Source: Nitrospinota bacterium (GTDB taxonomy: Bacteria > UBA8248). Taken from it: a DNA stretch of 64,000 nucleotides. The notes beneath the pieces were generated by a model. The model had not been told where the DNA came from and made no database searches. It worked only from the letters and a program-made list of their open reading frames with translations. Below are positions 41,241-51,769 of the stretch, piece after piece; the first letter of the stretch is position 1, and the number at the start of each line of letters is the position of its first letter. The position numbers and the translations under genes were made by a program. The stretch covers positions 1 through 64,000 of the forward strand of contig JASLZZ010000078.1 of NCBI GenBank assembly GCA_030754595.1. Reading direction: 5' to 3'.

Positions 41241-43045
41241 GATCCCTCCTTGTTCACATCGAGGACGGCCATGAACGCCTCCTGGGGCACCTCGACGGTC
41301 CCGATGTTTTTCATTCGCTTCTTGCCCTCTTTTTGTTTTTCGAGCAGCTTGCGTTTCCGGGTGATGTCCCCGCCGTAGCATTTGGCGGTGACATCCTTCC
41401 GCAACGCCTTAATCGTCTCGCGGGCGATGACGCGATTGCCTATCGCCGCCTGGATGATCACCTCGAACATCTGGCGGGGGATGAGCTTTCGCATCCGCCC
41501 GGTCAGCGCCCTTCCGTGATAATACGCCTTTTCCTTGTGGATGATCGAGGAGAAGGCGTCCACGGGTTGATCGTTCAGGAGGATGTCGAGCTTGACGACC
41601 TCCGAGGGCCGGAAGGCGAGATGCTCGTAGTCGAAGCTGGCGTAGCCGCGGGTGATCGATTTCAGCTTGTCGTAATAATCGAAAAGTATCTCGCTGAAGG
41701 GCAGCTCGTAGATGAGTTCGACTGTCTGGGTGTCGAGATACTTCATCGTGCGCTGGGCGCCCCGCTTCTCCTGGCAGAGCTTCATCACCGGCCCCACGTA
41801 GTCCGAGGGAACGACAATCGTTCCCAGGATATAGGGCTCCTCGATGTGATCGACTCGGGACAGGTCGGGGAGCCGGGCCGGGCTTTCGATCTCGATCGCC
41901 TCCCCGCCGGTCATCACCACCCGGTAGACCACCGTCGGCGCCGTGAATATGAGGGTGAGATCGTACTCGCGCTCGAGACGCTCGCGGATGATGTCCATGT
42001 GGAGGAGCCCGAGGAAACCGCACCTGAAACCGAAGCCGAGGGCGCCCGAGGTCTCGGGCTCGAAGGTGAAGGCCGAGTCGTTGAGGTGGAGCTTGTCGAG
42101 GGCGGCGCGCAGGTTCTCGAAATCCCCGCTGTCGGCGGCGTAGAGGCCGCTGTAGACCATCGCCTTGGGCTCCTGGAATCCGGGAATCGGCTCGCTCGCG
42201 GGCGAGGCGGCCGAGGTCACGGTGTCGCCCACCTTGGTGTCGCTCACCTCGCGGATGGCGCCGGTGAGCAGGCCCACCTCGCCGGGGCCGAGCGAGTCCA
42301 GTTCGGCGAGACGGGGAAGGAACGCCCCTGCGCTGAGCACCTGGTACTCCCCGCCGGTGGCCATGAAGCGGATATGGTCGCCTTTCTTGATCGTGCCGTC
42401 GAAAACCCGGATCAGCGGGACCGCCCCCTGGTAGGAGTCGAACCACGAGTCGATGATGAGCGCGCGCGCGGGCGCCGCCGGGTCGCCGCCGGGCGGCGGG
42501 ATCCGCTCGACGATGGCCTCGAGCACCTCGGGCACACCGGTGCCCTGCTTGGCGCTGACCTCGAGGCAGTCCGCCCCGTCGAGCCCGAGCACCTCCTCGA
42601 TTTGGGCGATGACCCGATCGGCGTCGGCCGAGGGAAGGTCGATCTTGTTGATGATCGGGATGATCACGAGGTCCTGCTCGAGGGCGAGGTAGGCGTTCGC
42701 CAGGGTCTGGGCCTGGATGCCCTGGGTCGCATCGACGATGAGAAGCGCCCCCTCGCAGGCCGTCAGGCTCCGGGAGACCTCGTAGTGGAAATCGACGTGC
42801 CCCGGGGTGTCGATGAGGTTGAAAACATAGCTCTCGCCCGAGGCCGCCCGGTAGTCGAGGCGGACGCTGGCCGCCTTGATCGTGATCCCCCGCTCCTGTT
42901 CGAGGTCCATCGAGTCGAGCACCTGCGAGGACATCTCGCGGCCGCTGAGCGCTCCTGTGACCTCGAGAATCCGGTCGGCGAGCGTGGACTTCCCGTGGTC
43001 GATGTGGGCGATTATCGAAAAATTGCGGATTCGCTCTGGGTTCAC
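41237..43045 (-). CDS. lepA: elongation factor 4
   Basis: [29 protein letters not shown] and [10 protein letters not shown] motifs. Confidence 0.98.
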   Translation of the reverse strand: MNPERIRNFSIIAHIDHGKSTLADRILEVTGALSGREMSSQVLDSMDLEQERGITIKAASVRLDYRAASGESYVFNLIDTPGHVDFHYEVSRSLTACEGALLIVDATQGIQAQTLANAYLALEQDLVIIPIINKIDLPSADADRVIAQIEEVLGLDGADCLEVSAKQGTGVPEVLEAIVERIPPPGGDPAAPARALIIDSWFDSYQGAVPLIRVFDGTIKKGDHIRFMATGGEYQVLSAGAFLPRLAELDSLGPGEVGLLTGAIREVSDTKVGDTVTSAASPASEPIPGFQEPKAMVYSGLYAADSGDFENLRAALDKLHLNDSAFTFEPETSGALGFGFRCGFLGLLHMDIIRERLEREYDLTLIFTAPTVVYRVVMTGGEAIEIESPARLPDLSRVDHIEEPYILGTIVVPSDYVGPVMKLCQEKRGAQRTMKYLDTQTVELIYELPFSEILFDYYDKLKSITRGYASFDYEHLAFRPSEVVKLDILLNDQPVDAFSSIIHKEKAYYHGRALTGRMRKLIPRQMFEVIIQAAIGNRVIARETIKALRKDVTAKCYGGDITRKRKLLEKQKEGKKRMKNIGTVEVPQEAFMAVLDVNKEGS

Positions 43046-43167
43046 GGTCTGATCGGCACACCTGAAAAAGGGGCGGAGACCCGGGAGGCGGCCGGGCCGA
43101 AATCGAGACTTCCCTCCACCGCCGCCTCATACCGCGCCGGGAGGTTCGCGGCCTTTTCGGCGCCCAC

Positions 43168-43197
43168 GCTATATCAGAGGGAAACCGGGGAGGTCAA
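43168..43197 (-). promoter_or_regulatory. promoter for lepAB
   Basis: TTGACC-N18-TATAGC with a TG extension. Confidence 0.45.
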
Positions 43198-43241
43198 GAC
43201 TCGCGCCCCGGCGAAACCGCCTATTGGACGGTCCAAAATGA

Positions 43242-43270
43242 TTGAGCCGCTCACCCCGCAATGGTAGCAT
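43242..43270 (+). promoter_or_regulatory. promoter for the htrA pair
   Basis: TTGAGC-N17-TAGCAT with a TG extension. Confidence 0.5.
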
Positions 43271-43287
43271 TAAATTGAAAGAGGAAC

Positions 43288-44835
43288 GTGAACCCTCTTT
43301 CTGCAAGCCCCTCTTTTTTGGGCAACACAGGACACCAGGTGAAGATGCGAATCTCCCCGCTAATCCGCGCCGCAGCCGCAGCCACCCTCATCGGCGCCGT
43401 TGCGCCCCCCGGCGGCCATACGACCACGCCGCCGGGCGGCAGGTCCGCCGTGCTCTCAAGCGGCCACGCCGCCGTGCTCGAAAGCGGCCGGGCCGCAGCG
43501 ACGAGACCCGTCTTCGGCGACCGCACCTTCGTCGAGGCCGTCAAGCGAATTCGCCCGGCGGTGGTCCACATCCGGGTGAAGCTGCCCAAGTCCGCCGGGA
43601 GCGGCCTCATGGGTTTCTTCGGACGCGGGCCGAAACGGGAGCCCTCTCTCGATTTCGGCGAATCCGACCTCCGGGGAAGCGCCCAGGTCGGCGCCGGCGT
43701 CATCATCTCGAAGGAGGGCTACATCCTCACCAACCAGCACATCATCAAGGACGCCGCCGAAATTTATGTCAAACTCCACACCGGCGAGGAGTTCACCGCC
43801 CGCGTCAGCGGGGCGGACGAGAAATCCGACCTCGCCCTGATCCGAATCGAGACCAAAGGGAAACTCACGCCGGCGGCGCTGGGTGACTCCGACGCCGTCG
43901 AGATCGGCGAGTGGGTGATCGCCGTCGGGAGCCCGTTCGGCCTCGCCCACTCCGTTTCGGTGGGCATCATCAGCGCCAAGGGGCGTGATCTGAATCAGGG
44001 GCCCTACGACAGCTATTTACAGACCGACGCATCGATCAATCCGGGCAACTCGGGCGGTCCGCTCGCCAACAGCCGGGGCGAGGTGATTGGAATCAACACG
44101 GCGATCTTCACGCGCGGGCGGCGCTACAAGAGCCAGGGGGTGGGCTTCGCCGTCCCCATCAACCAGGCCAAGGCCGTCCTCGACGACCTTCGCCACAAGG
44201 GATATCCCATTCGCGGGCGGCTGGGCGTCTCGGTCGGCGAGGTTCCCGCGAAGGAGGGAAAGAAGATCGGCCTCACGCGCTATCAGGGGGCGCGGCTCGC
44301 CCACGTCGTGCGGGGCAGCCCGGCCGACAAAGCAGGCCTCCGGCGCGGCGACGTGATCGTCGAGTTCGGGGGAAAAACCGTCGTCACCTGGCAGACCCTC
44401 CCGCGCGTCGTGGCCCGCGCCCGGCCCGGCGAGGAGACCGAGGTGAAATACTACCGGGGGGGCGAGCTCAAGACCCTGCGCGTGCGCATCGGCCGCCGCC
44501 CGGACCGGCCCGGAAAACTGCGCTCTCAAATCAGGAACGCGCTGGGCATGAGGGTCGAGGAGATCACTCCCCGCCTCGCCAGCCGGTTCCGCCTGGAGGC
44601 GAAGCGGGGCCTGATCGTCACCGCCGTGAAGGCGGGGGGTCCGGCCGAGCGGGGCGGCGTCCGCGCGGGCGATGAAATTATCGAGGTTAACCATACCGCC
44701 GTCTCCACGCGGGCCGAGTTCGACAAAATCATCCGCCGGGCGGAGGGTACGAGTTCGGAAGTAGAAGGCTCGGCCCTTCTGCTGCTCCGGCGCGGGGGGT
44801 CGGATTTGTTCGCGGCCGTCAGGTTCAGCCGATGA
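43288..44835 (+). CDS. HtrA/DegP-family serine protease with two PDZ domains
   Basis: TNQH, DLAL, IAVGSPFGL and QTDASINPGNSGG motifs; start uncertain. Confidence 0.93.
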   Translation: MNPLSASPSFLGNTGHQVKMRISPLIRAAAAATLIGAVAPPGGHTTTPPGGRSAVLSSGHAAVLESGRAAATRPVFGDRTFVEAVKRIRPAVVHIRVKLPKSAGSGLMGFFGRGPKREPSLDFGESDLRGSAQVGAGVIISKEGYILTNQHIIKDAAEIYVKLHTGEEFTARVSGADEKSDLALIRIETKGKLTPAALGDSDAVEIGEWVIAVGSPFGLAHSVSVGIISAKGRDLNQGPYDSYLQTDASINPGNSGGPLANSRGEVIGINTAIFTRGRRYKSQGVGFAVPINQAKAVLDDLRHKGYPIRGRLGVSVGEVPAKEGKKIGLTRYQGARLAHVVRGSPADKAGLRRGDVIVEFGGKTVVTWQTLPRVVARARPGEETEVKYYRGGELKTLRVRIGRRPDRPGKLRSQIRNALGMRVEEITPRLASRFRLEAKRGLIVTAVKAGGPAERGGVRAGDEIIEVNHTAVSTRAEFDKIIRRAEGTSSEVEGSALLLLRRGGSDLFAAVRFSR

Positions 44836-46346
44836 TCGGCCGCTGCCCGGTCCGGTGGCCAACCACTCCGCGGGACAAGCTCCGATCTGCTCGGCTGCAG
44901 GCGCTGGCGCTGCTTGCGGCCATCTCTTTTTCGGGCCTTTTGCCCACCATGCCCGGCGGAACAGGGTCCGGATGGTTCGCCCCGCCCGGCTCCGCGGAGG
45001 CGGCCACCGCCTCCTCTTCCCTCCGGGGTCGCCGGAGGCGTAAGGGACGCCGGAGCCCGGTCGTCCTCGCCGTCGAGCGCGCCGCGCCGTCCGTCGTCAA
45101 TATCTCCACCCTCCAGGTCCGCCGGAAGGCGAACCCCTTCTCGCAGATGGAAAACCCGCTCACGGACTATTTCTTCCGCGACTTTTTCGGGGGAAGAACC
45201 CGGAAGCGGCGCGAGCAGAGCCTCGGCAGCGGCGTCATCATCCGCGCCGACGGCTACATCCTCACGAACGAGCACGTCATCTCCCGGGCGACCAAGATCC
45301 TCGTTCATCTTTCGGGAGACAATGTCTACCCCGCCCGCATCATCGGCTCCGACCCGGTCAACGATCTGGCCATCATCAAGATCGACGCCGACATCGCGCT
45401 GCCCTACCTTCCGATGGGCCGCTCCGGCGATCTGATGATCGGCGAGTCGGTGATCGCCATCGGCAACCCTTTCGGGCTTCAGCACACCGTGACGACCGGG
45501 GTGGTGAGCGCCCTGGGGCGCTCGCTCAACGAAAAAGGGCGGAACCAGGGGCGAAACCCCACGGACTTCATCCAGACCGACGCCTCGATCAACCCGGGCA
45601 ACTCGGGCGGGCCGCTGCTCAACGTCTTCGGCGAGCTGATCGGGGTCAACACGGCGATCTTCTCGAAAGCGCAGGGGATCGGCTTCGCCATTCCAATCAA
45701 CCGCGCCCGCCGGATCGTCGACGACCTGATTCACTTCGGCAAGGTCCGCAAGGCCTGGGTGGGGATCGTCCTCCAGGACCTCACTCCCCGGCTCGCCGCG
45801 CGAGTCGGCTACCGTCCGGGGCAAGGCACCATCGCCGCCCAGGTGCTCGGTGGCAGTCCCGCCGACAAGGCGGGCATCCGGCGCGGGGACATTCTCGTCG
45901 ATTTCGGCGGAAAGAAAATCGCCTCGCGGGAGGACTACCTGAACGAGTTGTCCGGCTACACCGTGGGCTCCGAGGTGGGCGTGCGCTTCTGGCGGGAGGG
46001 GAAGGTGAAAGAAACCCGGATCCGCTTCTCGGCGATTCCCGTCGCGCTGGCCGACGCCATCGCGCAGAACTGGCTCGGCCTCCGGGTCTCCTCCATCGAC
46101 GATCGGGGGGTGCGCCGCTACAGCCTCCGCACGAGGAGCGGCGTCGTCGTCACCGCCGTGGTGAGCGGCGGGGTCTCGGACTCGATCGGAATCCGCCCCG
46201 GCGACGTTATCCGCCAGGTCAACGGACAATCGATCGGGAACGTCGAATCGTTCAGGGAGATGGTGGTGCGCGCGAGGGAGTTTCCGCGAGTTCAGCTAAT
46301 CGTTCAGCGGCGAAACGAGGGCTACAACGTCACGCTGGAGCCCTGA
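44832..46346 (+). CDS. HtrA/DegP-family serine protease with two PDZ domains (second copy)
   Basis: GSGVII, TNEH, DLAI and QTDASINPGNSGG motifs; the start overlaps the previous stop. Confidence 0.93.
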   Translation: MIGRCPVRWPTTPRDKLRSARLQALALLAAISFSGLLPTMPGGTGSGWFAPPGSAEAATASSSLRGRRRRKGRRSPVVLAVERAAPSVVNISTLQVRRKANPFSQMENPLTDYFFRDFFGGRTRKRREQSLGSGVIIRADGYILTNEHVISRATKILVHLSGDNVYPARIIGSDPVNDLAIIKIDADIALPYLPMGRSGDLMIGESVIAIGNPFGLQHTVTTGVVSALGRSLNEKGRNQGRNPTDFIQTDASINPGNSGGPLLNVFGELIGVNTAIFSKAQGIGFAIPINRARRIVDDLIHFGKVRKAWVGIVLQDLTPRLAARVGYRPGQGTIAAQVLGGSPADKAGIRRGDILVDFGGKKIASREDYLNELSGYTVGSEVGVRFWREGKVKETRIRFSAIPVALADAIAQNWLGLRVSSIDDRGVRRYSLRTRSGVVVTAVVSGGVSDSIGIRPGDVIRQVNGQSIGNVESFREMVVRAREFPRVQLIVQRRNEGYNVTLEP

Positions 46347-46400
46347 GGAACTCACCCTGAGGGGCTCCCGAGGGTCCTCACTCCCGCCCCGGAGGGGTCC

Positions 46401-47552
46401 TTACTTCACGTCGCCGGCGATCCGCCCGCACAGATCGAGAGCGAATCGGTCGGTCATCCCCGAAATATAATCACACACCATGCGGGCCCTGCCGTCGATC
46501 TCCTCGCGCCGGAAGACATGCTCCGGGAGCCGGGCCGGCTCGGACATATAGGCCTCGAACAAATCCGACACCGTCTCGCGGGCTTGGCTCTGAATTCTGA
46601 GCAATTGCTCGTTCCGGTACATCCGCCGCATCAGGAACGCCTTGAGTTCGGCGTTGCGGGCGGCCATCTCCCCGCTGAAGGCGGCGGCCCCGCGCCCCCG
46701 CGCGCGCACGTCGGCGATGTCCCCGAGAGCCAGGGCCTCGATGCGGCGGCGCGTGGCTTCGACCAGGTCGCCCACCTGGGCGTTGATGATCCGGCGGATA
46801 GTCTCGTGGCGCACGGCGCCGGGCTCTGCGCCCGGAAACGCCCCCCGCGCCGCCTCGTAGTGCTCGGCCCAGAGCGAGGTCTCCATCGCGTCGGCCTCGG
46901 TGAAAAGCGCCGAGCGCATCGCGTCGTCGAGGTCGTGGTTGTTGTAGGCAATCTCGTCGGCCACATCGACCACCTGGGCCTCGAGGCTCAGCGCGATTTC
47001 GTTCGTGAGGCCCCCGGGCATCGCCCCGGTGTAGGAGGCCATGTGCTTAATAATCCCCTCGCGGGTCTCCCAGGTGAGGTTGAGCCCCGGAAACGCGGGG
47101 TAGCGGCGCTCTAAGACCTCGACGATGCGGAGCGCCTGGAGGTTGTGCTCGAACCCGCCGCCCTCCGCCATCAGTTCGTCGAGAATCCTCTCGCCCGCGT
47201 GGCCGAACGGCGGATGGCCCAGGTCGTGGGCCAGCGCGACCGCCTCGGCCAGATCCTCGTTGAGGGAGAGCGCACGCGCGGCCGAGCGCGCGATCTGGCT
47301 GACCTCGATGGTGTGGGTCAGGCGGGTGCGGTAGTGGTCGCCCTCGTGATTGACGAACACCTGGGTCTTGTACTCGAGCCGCCGAAAGGCGGTGGTGTGG
47401 ATGATCCGGTCGCGGTCGCGCTGAAAGGCGGGGCGAAACGAGTGCTCGGGCTCCGGGTGCTCGCGGCCCAGCGAACTGGCGCTGTGCGCTGCGTAGGGGG
47501 CGAGCAGGACCCGCTCCCTCTCCTCGAGCCGGGTGCGCATGGTGTCGTTCAA
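46401..47552 (-). CDS. dgt: deoxyguanosinetriphosphate triphosphohydrolase
   Basis: FQRDRDRI, KTQVF, RTRLTH, HDLGHPPFGH.GE and DYISGMTD motifs. Confidence 0.94.
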   Translation of the reverse strand: MNDTMRTRLEERERVLLAPYAAHSASSLGREHPEPEHSFRPAFQRDRDRIIHTTAFRRLEYKTQVFVNHEGDHYRTRLTHTIEVSQIARSAARALSLNEDLAEAVALAHDLGHPPFGHAGERILDELMAEGGGFEHNLQALRIVEVLERRYPAFPGLNLTWETREGIIKHMASYTGAMPGGLTNEIALSLEAQVVDVADEIAYNNHDLDDAMRSALFTEADAMETSLWAEHYEAARGAFPGAEPGAVRHETIRRIINAQVGDLVEATRRRIEALALGDIADVRARGRGAAAFSGEMAARNAELKAFLMRRMYRNEQLLRIQSQARETVSDLFEAYMSEPARLPEHVFRREEIDGRARMVCDYISGMTDRFALDLCGRIAGDVK

Positions 47553-47637
47553 TGCTGGTTCCTCGGATGTTTTAAAGGACCTTGCAGACCGCGCAAGAGT
47601 CGCAGACCTCGCAGGCCCTCGCCGGGGCCGCAGGCCC

Positions 47638-48648
47638 CTAGTCGCCCTTCGCCGGTATACCCGCCCGCCGGGCAGCGAACAAGTATGCGCTCGCCAGCGC
47701 CCCCCACGGCTTCCACCCTAGAGCGGCCTCGCGGGCGCGGCACTCGTCCACCCGCACCTCGCCAAAGCAGTATTGCGCCACCACCTTCTGCACCCCGAGA
47801 TCGCCGCCGGGCAGCGCGTCGATCCGCCCGAGCGCCCGGTAGAGGGCCTGCTCGGCGCTCCAGCGGCCAACCCCCCGGAGGGCGGTCAACCGCTCGACGG
47901 CCTCCTCGAGAGGGAGCTTTCTGTAATCGTCCGCCTCGAGACCGCCCTCGGCCGCCGCCCGCGCGACGCCGATAACGTACTCGGCCTTTCGCCCCGAAAA
48001 TTGCATCCCCTTGAGGGTGGCCGCCCGCGCGCGCGCCAGGCGTTCGGGCCGGGGAAACGCCCAGTGCACCTCATCCTCCAGCAGGAGTTTTTCTCCCCAC
48101 CGCTTCACCAGCCGCGCCCGGGTCTGCCCGCCGAAAGTGAGGTTCACCTGCTGGGTCGTGATCGCCGTGATGAGCGCCTCGAAGAGGGTCAGGTAGCGCA
48201 CCGGCCGAAGCCCCCGGAACCGCCGCGCGAAGGGCGCGAGGACGGGGTCGCGCCGCGCCATCCGGTAGAAGGGCTCGAGGTCGAGATCGAAAGCGAGCAG
48301 GTGGCGAAGAGCCGCCTCCCCCGCCCCGAGGAGCTTCTTGCTCATCCGGCCGGGCGCGCGCACCCTCATATCGACCGCCCCTGCGTCGACCTCTCCTGTT
48401 TCGACCTCCCCCGTATCGGCGTTTCCCGTACCGGCCGGGCCTGTACCGGCCTCCCCGCGGGCGCCCCCGTACATGCCCGCGTCTCTGGCCTCGACGAGGA
48501 CGAGGGCGTCCCCCACTTCGATCACCCGCCGGTACACTTCGCCGTCGTAACGGTTCACCAACTCGTCGGGGGAGTGCTGGTACCGGCTCACGCTCTCGTC
48601 GAAGAGAAACGGCCCCTCCGCCCGGAGGCGGCTGCCGGCGGCGCCCAC
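47638..48648 (-). CDS. alkA: DNA-3-methyladenine glycosylase II (HhH-GPD)
   Basis: FEAL...I..QQV, AFP.PE.LA, L.GVGRWSA, P.GD.G and W.PW motifs; GTG start inferred. Confidence 0.85.
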   Translation of the reverse strand: MGAAGSRLRAEGPFLFDESVSRYQHSPDELVNRYDGEVYRRVIEVGDALVLVEARDAGMYGGARGEAGTGPAGTGNADTGEVETGEVDAGAVDMRVRAPGRMSKKLLGAGEAALRHLLAFDLDLEPFYRMARRDPVLAPFARRFRGLRPVRYLTLFEALITAITTQQVNLTFGGQTRARLVKRWGEKLLLEDEVHWAFPRPERLARARAATLKGMQFSGRKAEYVIGVARAAAEGGLEADDYRKLPLEEAVERLTALRGVGRWSAEQALYRALGRIDALPGGDLGVQKVVAQYCFGEVRVDECRAREAALGWKPWGALASAYLFAARRAGIPAKGD

Positions 48649-48650
48649 CG

Positions 48651-49430
48651 CTAGCTCATCATCCGGCGGCTGACCGAGATGGTCGCGCAGGCCATGAAAA
48701 CCAAGGTGCACCCGGCGAGGATGAACAGGTGAAAAAGAAAATCGTCCACCCGCCCGAAGATGATGAGGCCGCGCACGATCTTCACGGCGTGGGTGAGCGG
48801 GAGCATCTGCGAAAACAGGCGGAGTCCGTCGGGCAGCCCCCTCAGGGGGAAAAGCGTCTCGGCGAAGAAAAACATCGGCATGACGACGAGCGAAAAATGA
48901 AAGCTGAAAAACGAAAAACTCGGGGCGAGGCCCGCCGAGACGAGGCCGAGCGAGCCGAACATCAGGCCCACCAGAAAAATGATCGGCAAAACGGACAGAG
49001 CCCACCAGAGCGAGCCGATGAGGCCAAATAGGCTGAGCACGATCATCATCAGGGTGGCGCCGATGATCGCCCGCGTGCCGCACCAGAGCAGGTCCCCTAG
49101 AACGATGTCGCCCAGCGATAGCGGGGCCGACATCATCGCCTCGTAGGTTTTCTGAACCCGCATCCGGTTGTAGGCCCCGTAGGTGGACTCGAAAGTCGAG
49201 GTCCACATGGCGATCGACACTACCAGGCCGGGACCGATGAACTGGGCGTAACTGATGCCGTTCAGGGAGGGAACCAGTCTTCCCAGGCCGTAGCCGAAGG
49301 CCAGGAGGTAGAGGACGTGCTCGCCGAAGTTGCCCGCCCACTCGGCCACGTAAAACGAACGGTACTGGACCAGGTGGCGCAACCAGACCCTGAGGGCGCG
49401 GCGGCTGGGAACCATGCCGGCGGCGATCAT
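48651..49430 (-). CDS. ABC-2 type permease (NodJ-like)
   Basis: Y..F..PGL, ESTYG, P.FF....FP and LPLTH.V motifs; the ATG overlaps the ATPase stop. Confidence 0.9.
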   Translation of the reverse strand: MIAAGMVPSRRALRVWLRHLVQYRSFYVAEWAGNFGEHVLYLLAFGYGLGRLVPSLNGISYAQFIGPGLVVSIAMWTSTFESTYGAYNRMRVQKTYEAMMSAPLSLGDIVLGDLLWCGTRAIIGATLMMIVLSLFGLIGSLWWALSVLPIIFLVGLMFGSLGLVSAGLAPSFSFFSFHFSLVVMPMFFFAETLFPLRGLPDGLRLFSQMLPLTHAVKIVRGLIIFGRVDDFLFHLFILAGCTLVFMACATISVSRRMMS

Positions 49431-50344
49431 TCGCGCAGCTCCCGGCCCGTCAGGCGGAGGAACAAGTCCTCGAGCGAGGCGGGCCGCCTGAGAAACTCCC
49501 GCTCGCCCGCCGAGGCGAGCCGCTCGACCGCCTCGGCCCCGCTCCGGCAATAAAGGTAGAGGGTGTCGCCCGCCCGCTCGATCTCGAGGCCCAGCCCGTT
49601 CAGGGCGGCCGCCGCCGCCTCGCGCCCGGCGCCCCTGAGCTCGATGACCTCCTCGCCCACCCGCTCGCGCACGAGCTCGGCCGGAGGCCCCTCGACGAGG
49701 ACCCGCCCCTGGGCCATGACCCCGATCCGGTCGCAGAGCTGGGCCGCCTCCTCCATGTAGTGGGTAGTGAGCAGAATCGTCAGCCCCCCGCTCTTGAGCT
49801 CTCGGAGGCGCTGCCAGACGAGGTGGCGCGCCTGGGGGTCGAGACCGATCGTCGGCTCGTCGAGGATCAGGAGACGGGGCCGGTGGATGAGCGCCCGAGC
49901 GATGAGGAGCCTGCGCTTCATCCCGCCCGAGAGGTTTTTGATCTGCTCGCCCCATTTATCCCTGAGCTGGACGAAATCGAGGAGCTCCTCGATCCGATCC
50001 CGGGAGCGGCGGCGCGAGATGCCGAAATAGTTGGCGAACACCCACATGTTGTTGTAGACGGAGAGCTCATTGTCGAGGGTGTCTTCCTGGGGGACGACCC
50101 CCATCTCCTCGCGGATGCGGCGGCTCCCGGCGGCCGCGTCGCGGCCCAGGACGCTGAGCTCCCCTCCGTCGGGGCGGACGGCGCCGTGTATCATCCGAAT
50201 GGCGGTTGTCTTTCCCGCGCCGTTCGGACCCAGCATGCCGTAGCACTCCCCCCGCTTCACCTGGAGGGTAATGCCATCGACTGCTTTCAGGGCTCCGAAG
50301 GATTTCGAGAGGCCGCGGGCGTGGATGTCCAGTTCGGCCACCAA
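49427..50344 (-). CDS. ABC transporter ATP-binding protein (NodI-like)
   Basis: GPNGAGKTT, VVPQ.D.LD, LSGGMKRRL, LDEPT.GLDPQARH and TTHYMEEA motifs. Confidence 0.93.
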   Translation of the reverse strand: MVAELDIHARGLSKSFGALKAVDGITLQVKRGECYGMLGPNGAGKTTAIRMIHGAVRPDGGELSVLGRDAAAGSRRIREEMGVVPQEDTLDNELSVYNNMWVFANYFGISRRRSRDRIEELLDFVQLRDKWGEQIKNLSGGMKRRLLIARALIHRPRLLILDEPTIGLDPQARHLVWQRLRELKSGGLTILLTTHYMEEAAQLCDRIGVMAQGRVLVEGPPAELVRERVGEEVIELRGAGREAAAAALNGLGLEIERAGDTLYLYCRSGAEAVERLASAGEREFLRRPASLEDLFLRLTGRELRE

Positions 50345-50404
50345 TACACCTTCTTAAAAAATCGGGTTATTCGAGCTTCGCTAATCGGGTTGTTCGGGAC
50401 CGGG

Positions 50405-51658
50405 CTAAACGCCTCTGAGCCGCTCGGCCTCGGCCACGCGCTCTATAGCGATCGTGAAGGCGGCGGTTCGGAGCGTGACGTTTTTCTCCTTGGCGGCGGC
50501 GTGAACCTTCTGCGAGGAGAGGTTCATGATTTTCTTGAGTTCCCCGTTCACACGCTCCTCGTCCCAGCTGAACTGCTGAATGTTCTGCACCCATTCGAAG
50601 TAGGAGACCGTCACCCCCCCGGCGTTGGCCAGGATGTCCGGGATGATATAGACGCCCCTCTCCTCGAGGTGGCATTGCCCGATCGAGGTCAGCGGCGCGT
50701 TGGCCGCCTCGAGGAGGACCCGCGCCTTCACTCTATCGGAATTGTCCCGATTGACGACGCCGCCCATCGCCGCAGGGACGAGCACGTCCACGTCGAGTTC
50801 GAGCAGCTCCGCGTTCGTGATCAGGTCGCCCCCCGGGAATCCGCCCAGGTCGCCCGCCTCGGCCCGGTGCGCGAGGGCGGCCTGGATGTCGATTCCCTTC
50901 TCGTTGTAGTAGCCCCCTGTGATGTCGGATATGGCTTTGACCCGCACCCCGATGTCGGTGAGAAAGATGGCCGCGAAGGTGCCCACGTTTCCAAAACCCT
51001 GGACGGCGGCCGTCATCGCCGAGGGGTCCCATCCCTCGAGCCTAGCGAGTTCCTCGAATACATAAACCACCCCTCGGCCGGTCGCCGCCTCCCGGCCCTC
51101 GGAGCCGCCCAGCGCGATTGGCTTGCCGGTCACCGCGGCGAGGCTGTAGCCCTGGCGGCCGCTGATCTCGTCGAAGATCCAGGCCATGGTCTGGGCGTTG
51201 GTGTACATGTCGGGGGCGGGAATGTCGCGGTAGGGACCGAGGAGCCGGCTGATGCGGGAGATGAATTTCCGGGTGAGCCGTTCGATCTCGTAAATGTTCA
51301 GATGGTGGACATCGACGTTGACTCCGCCCTTGCCCCCGCCGAAGGGGATGTCCACCAGGGCGGTCTTCCAGGTCATCAGGGCGGCGAGGCCACAGACCTC
51401 ATCCATGTCCACATCGGTGGCGTAGCGAATCCCCCCCTTGAAGGGACCGCGCGCGCCGTTGAACTGGACGCGGTAGCCCGTATATACGGAGAGTGTGCCG
51501 TCGTCTTTTCGGATGGGGACTTCGACCCGGATCTCGCGGAACGGTGTGGACAAAAGAGTGCGGGTCTCGTCATCGAGCTCCATCGCCTCGGCGGCCTTAT
51601 CGAACTGCGTCTGGGCTGTCTGACCTATGCTAACGTGCTCGTCGGCTCCGGCCTGCAT
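50405..51658 (-). CDS. gdhA: Glu/Leu/Phe/Val dehydrogenase (glutamate dehydrogenase)
   Basis: RGPFKGGIRY, GGGKGG, DIPAPD, QGFGNVG and NAGGVTVSYFEW motifs. Confidence 0.93.
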   Translation of the reverse strand: MQAGADEHVSIGQTAQTQFDKAAEAMELDDETRTLLSTPFREIRVEVPIRKDDGTLSVYTGYRVQFNGARGPFKGGIRYATDVDMDEVCGLAALMTWKTALVDIPFGGGKGGVNVDVHHLNIYEIERLTRKFISRISRLLGPYRDIPAPDMYTNAQTMAWIFDEISGRQGYSLAAVTGKPIALGGSEGREAATGRGVVYVFEELARLEGWDPSAMTAAVQGFGNVGTFAAIFLTDIGVRVKAISDITGGYYNEKGIDIQAALAHRAEAGDLGGFPGGDLITNAELLELDVDVLVPAAMGGVVNRDNSDRVKARVLLEAANAPLTSIGQCHLEERGVYIIPDILANAGGVTVSYFEWVQNIQQFSWDEERVNGELKKIMNLSSQKVHAAAKEKNVTLRTAAFTIAIERVAEAERLRGV

Positions 51659-51711
51659 AATCACTCCCTTTTATCGATACGATGCCTTCGGGCGAAGATG
51701 GCAGGGCGGCC

Positions 51712-51747
51712 CGGCCGGCCCGGCCGGTGCGGCCGGTGCGGCCGGTG
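51712..51747. repeat. 9-bp tandem repeat
   Basis: CGGCCGGCC followed by (CGGCCGGTG)x3. Confidence 0.8.
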
Positions 51748-51769
51748 CGCCTCATACCCGAGGCCGGCC

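Noticed and set aside
41333..43267. 644-aa and 573-aa ORFs overlapping lepA
   Set aside because: Antisense or alternate-frame shadows of a highly conserved gene.
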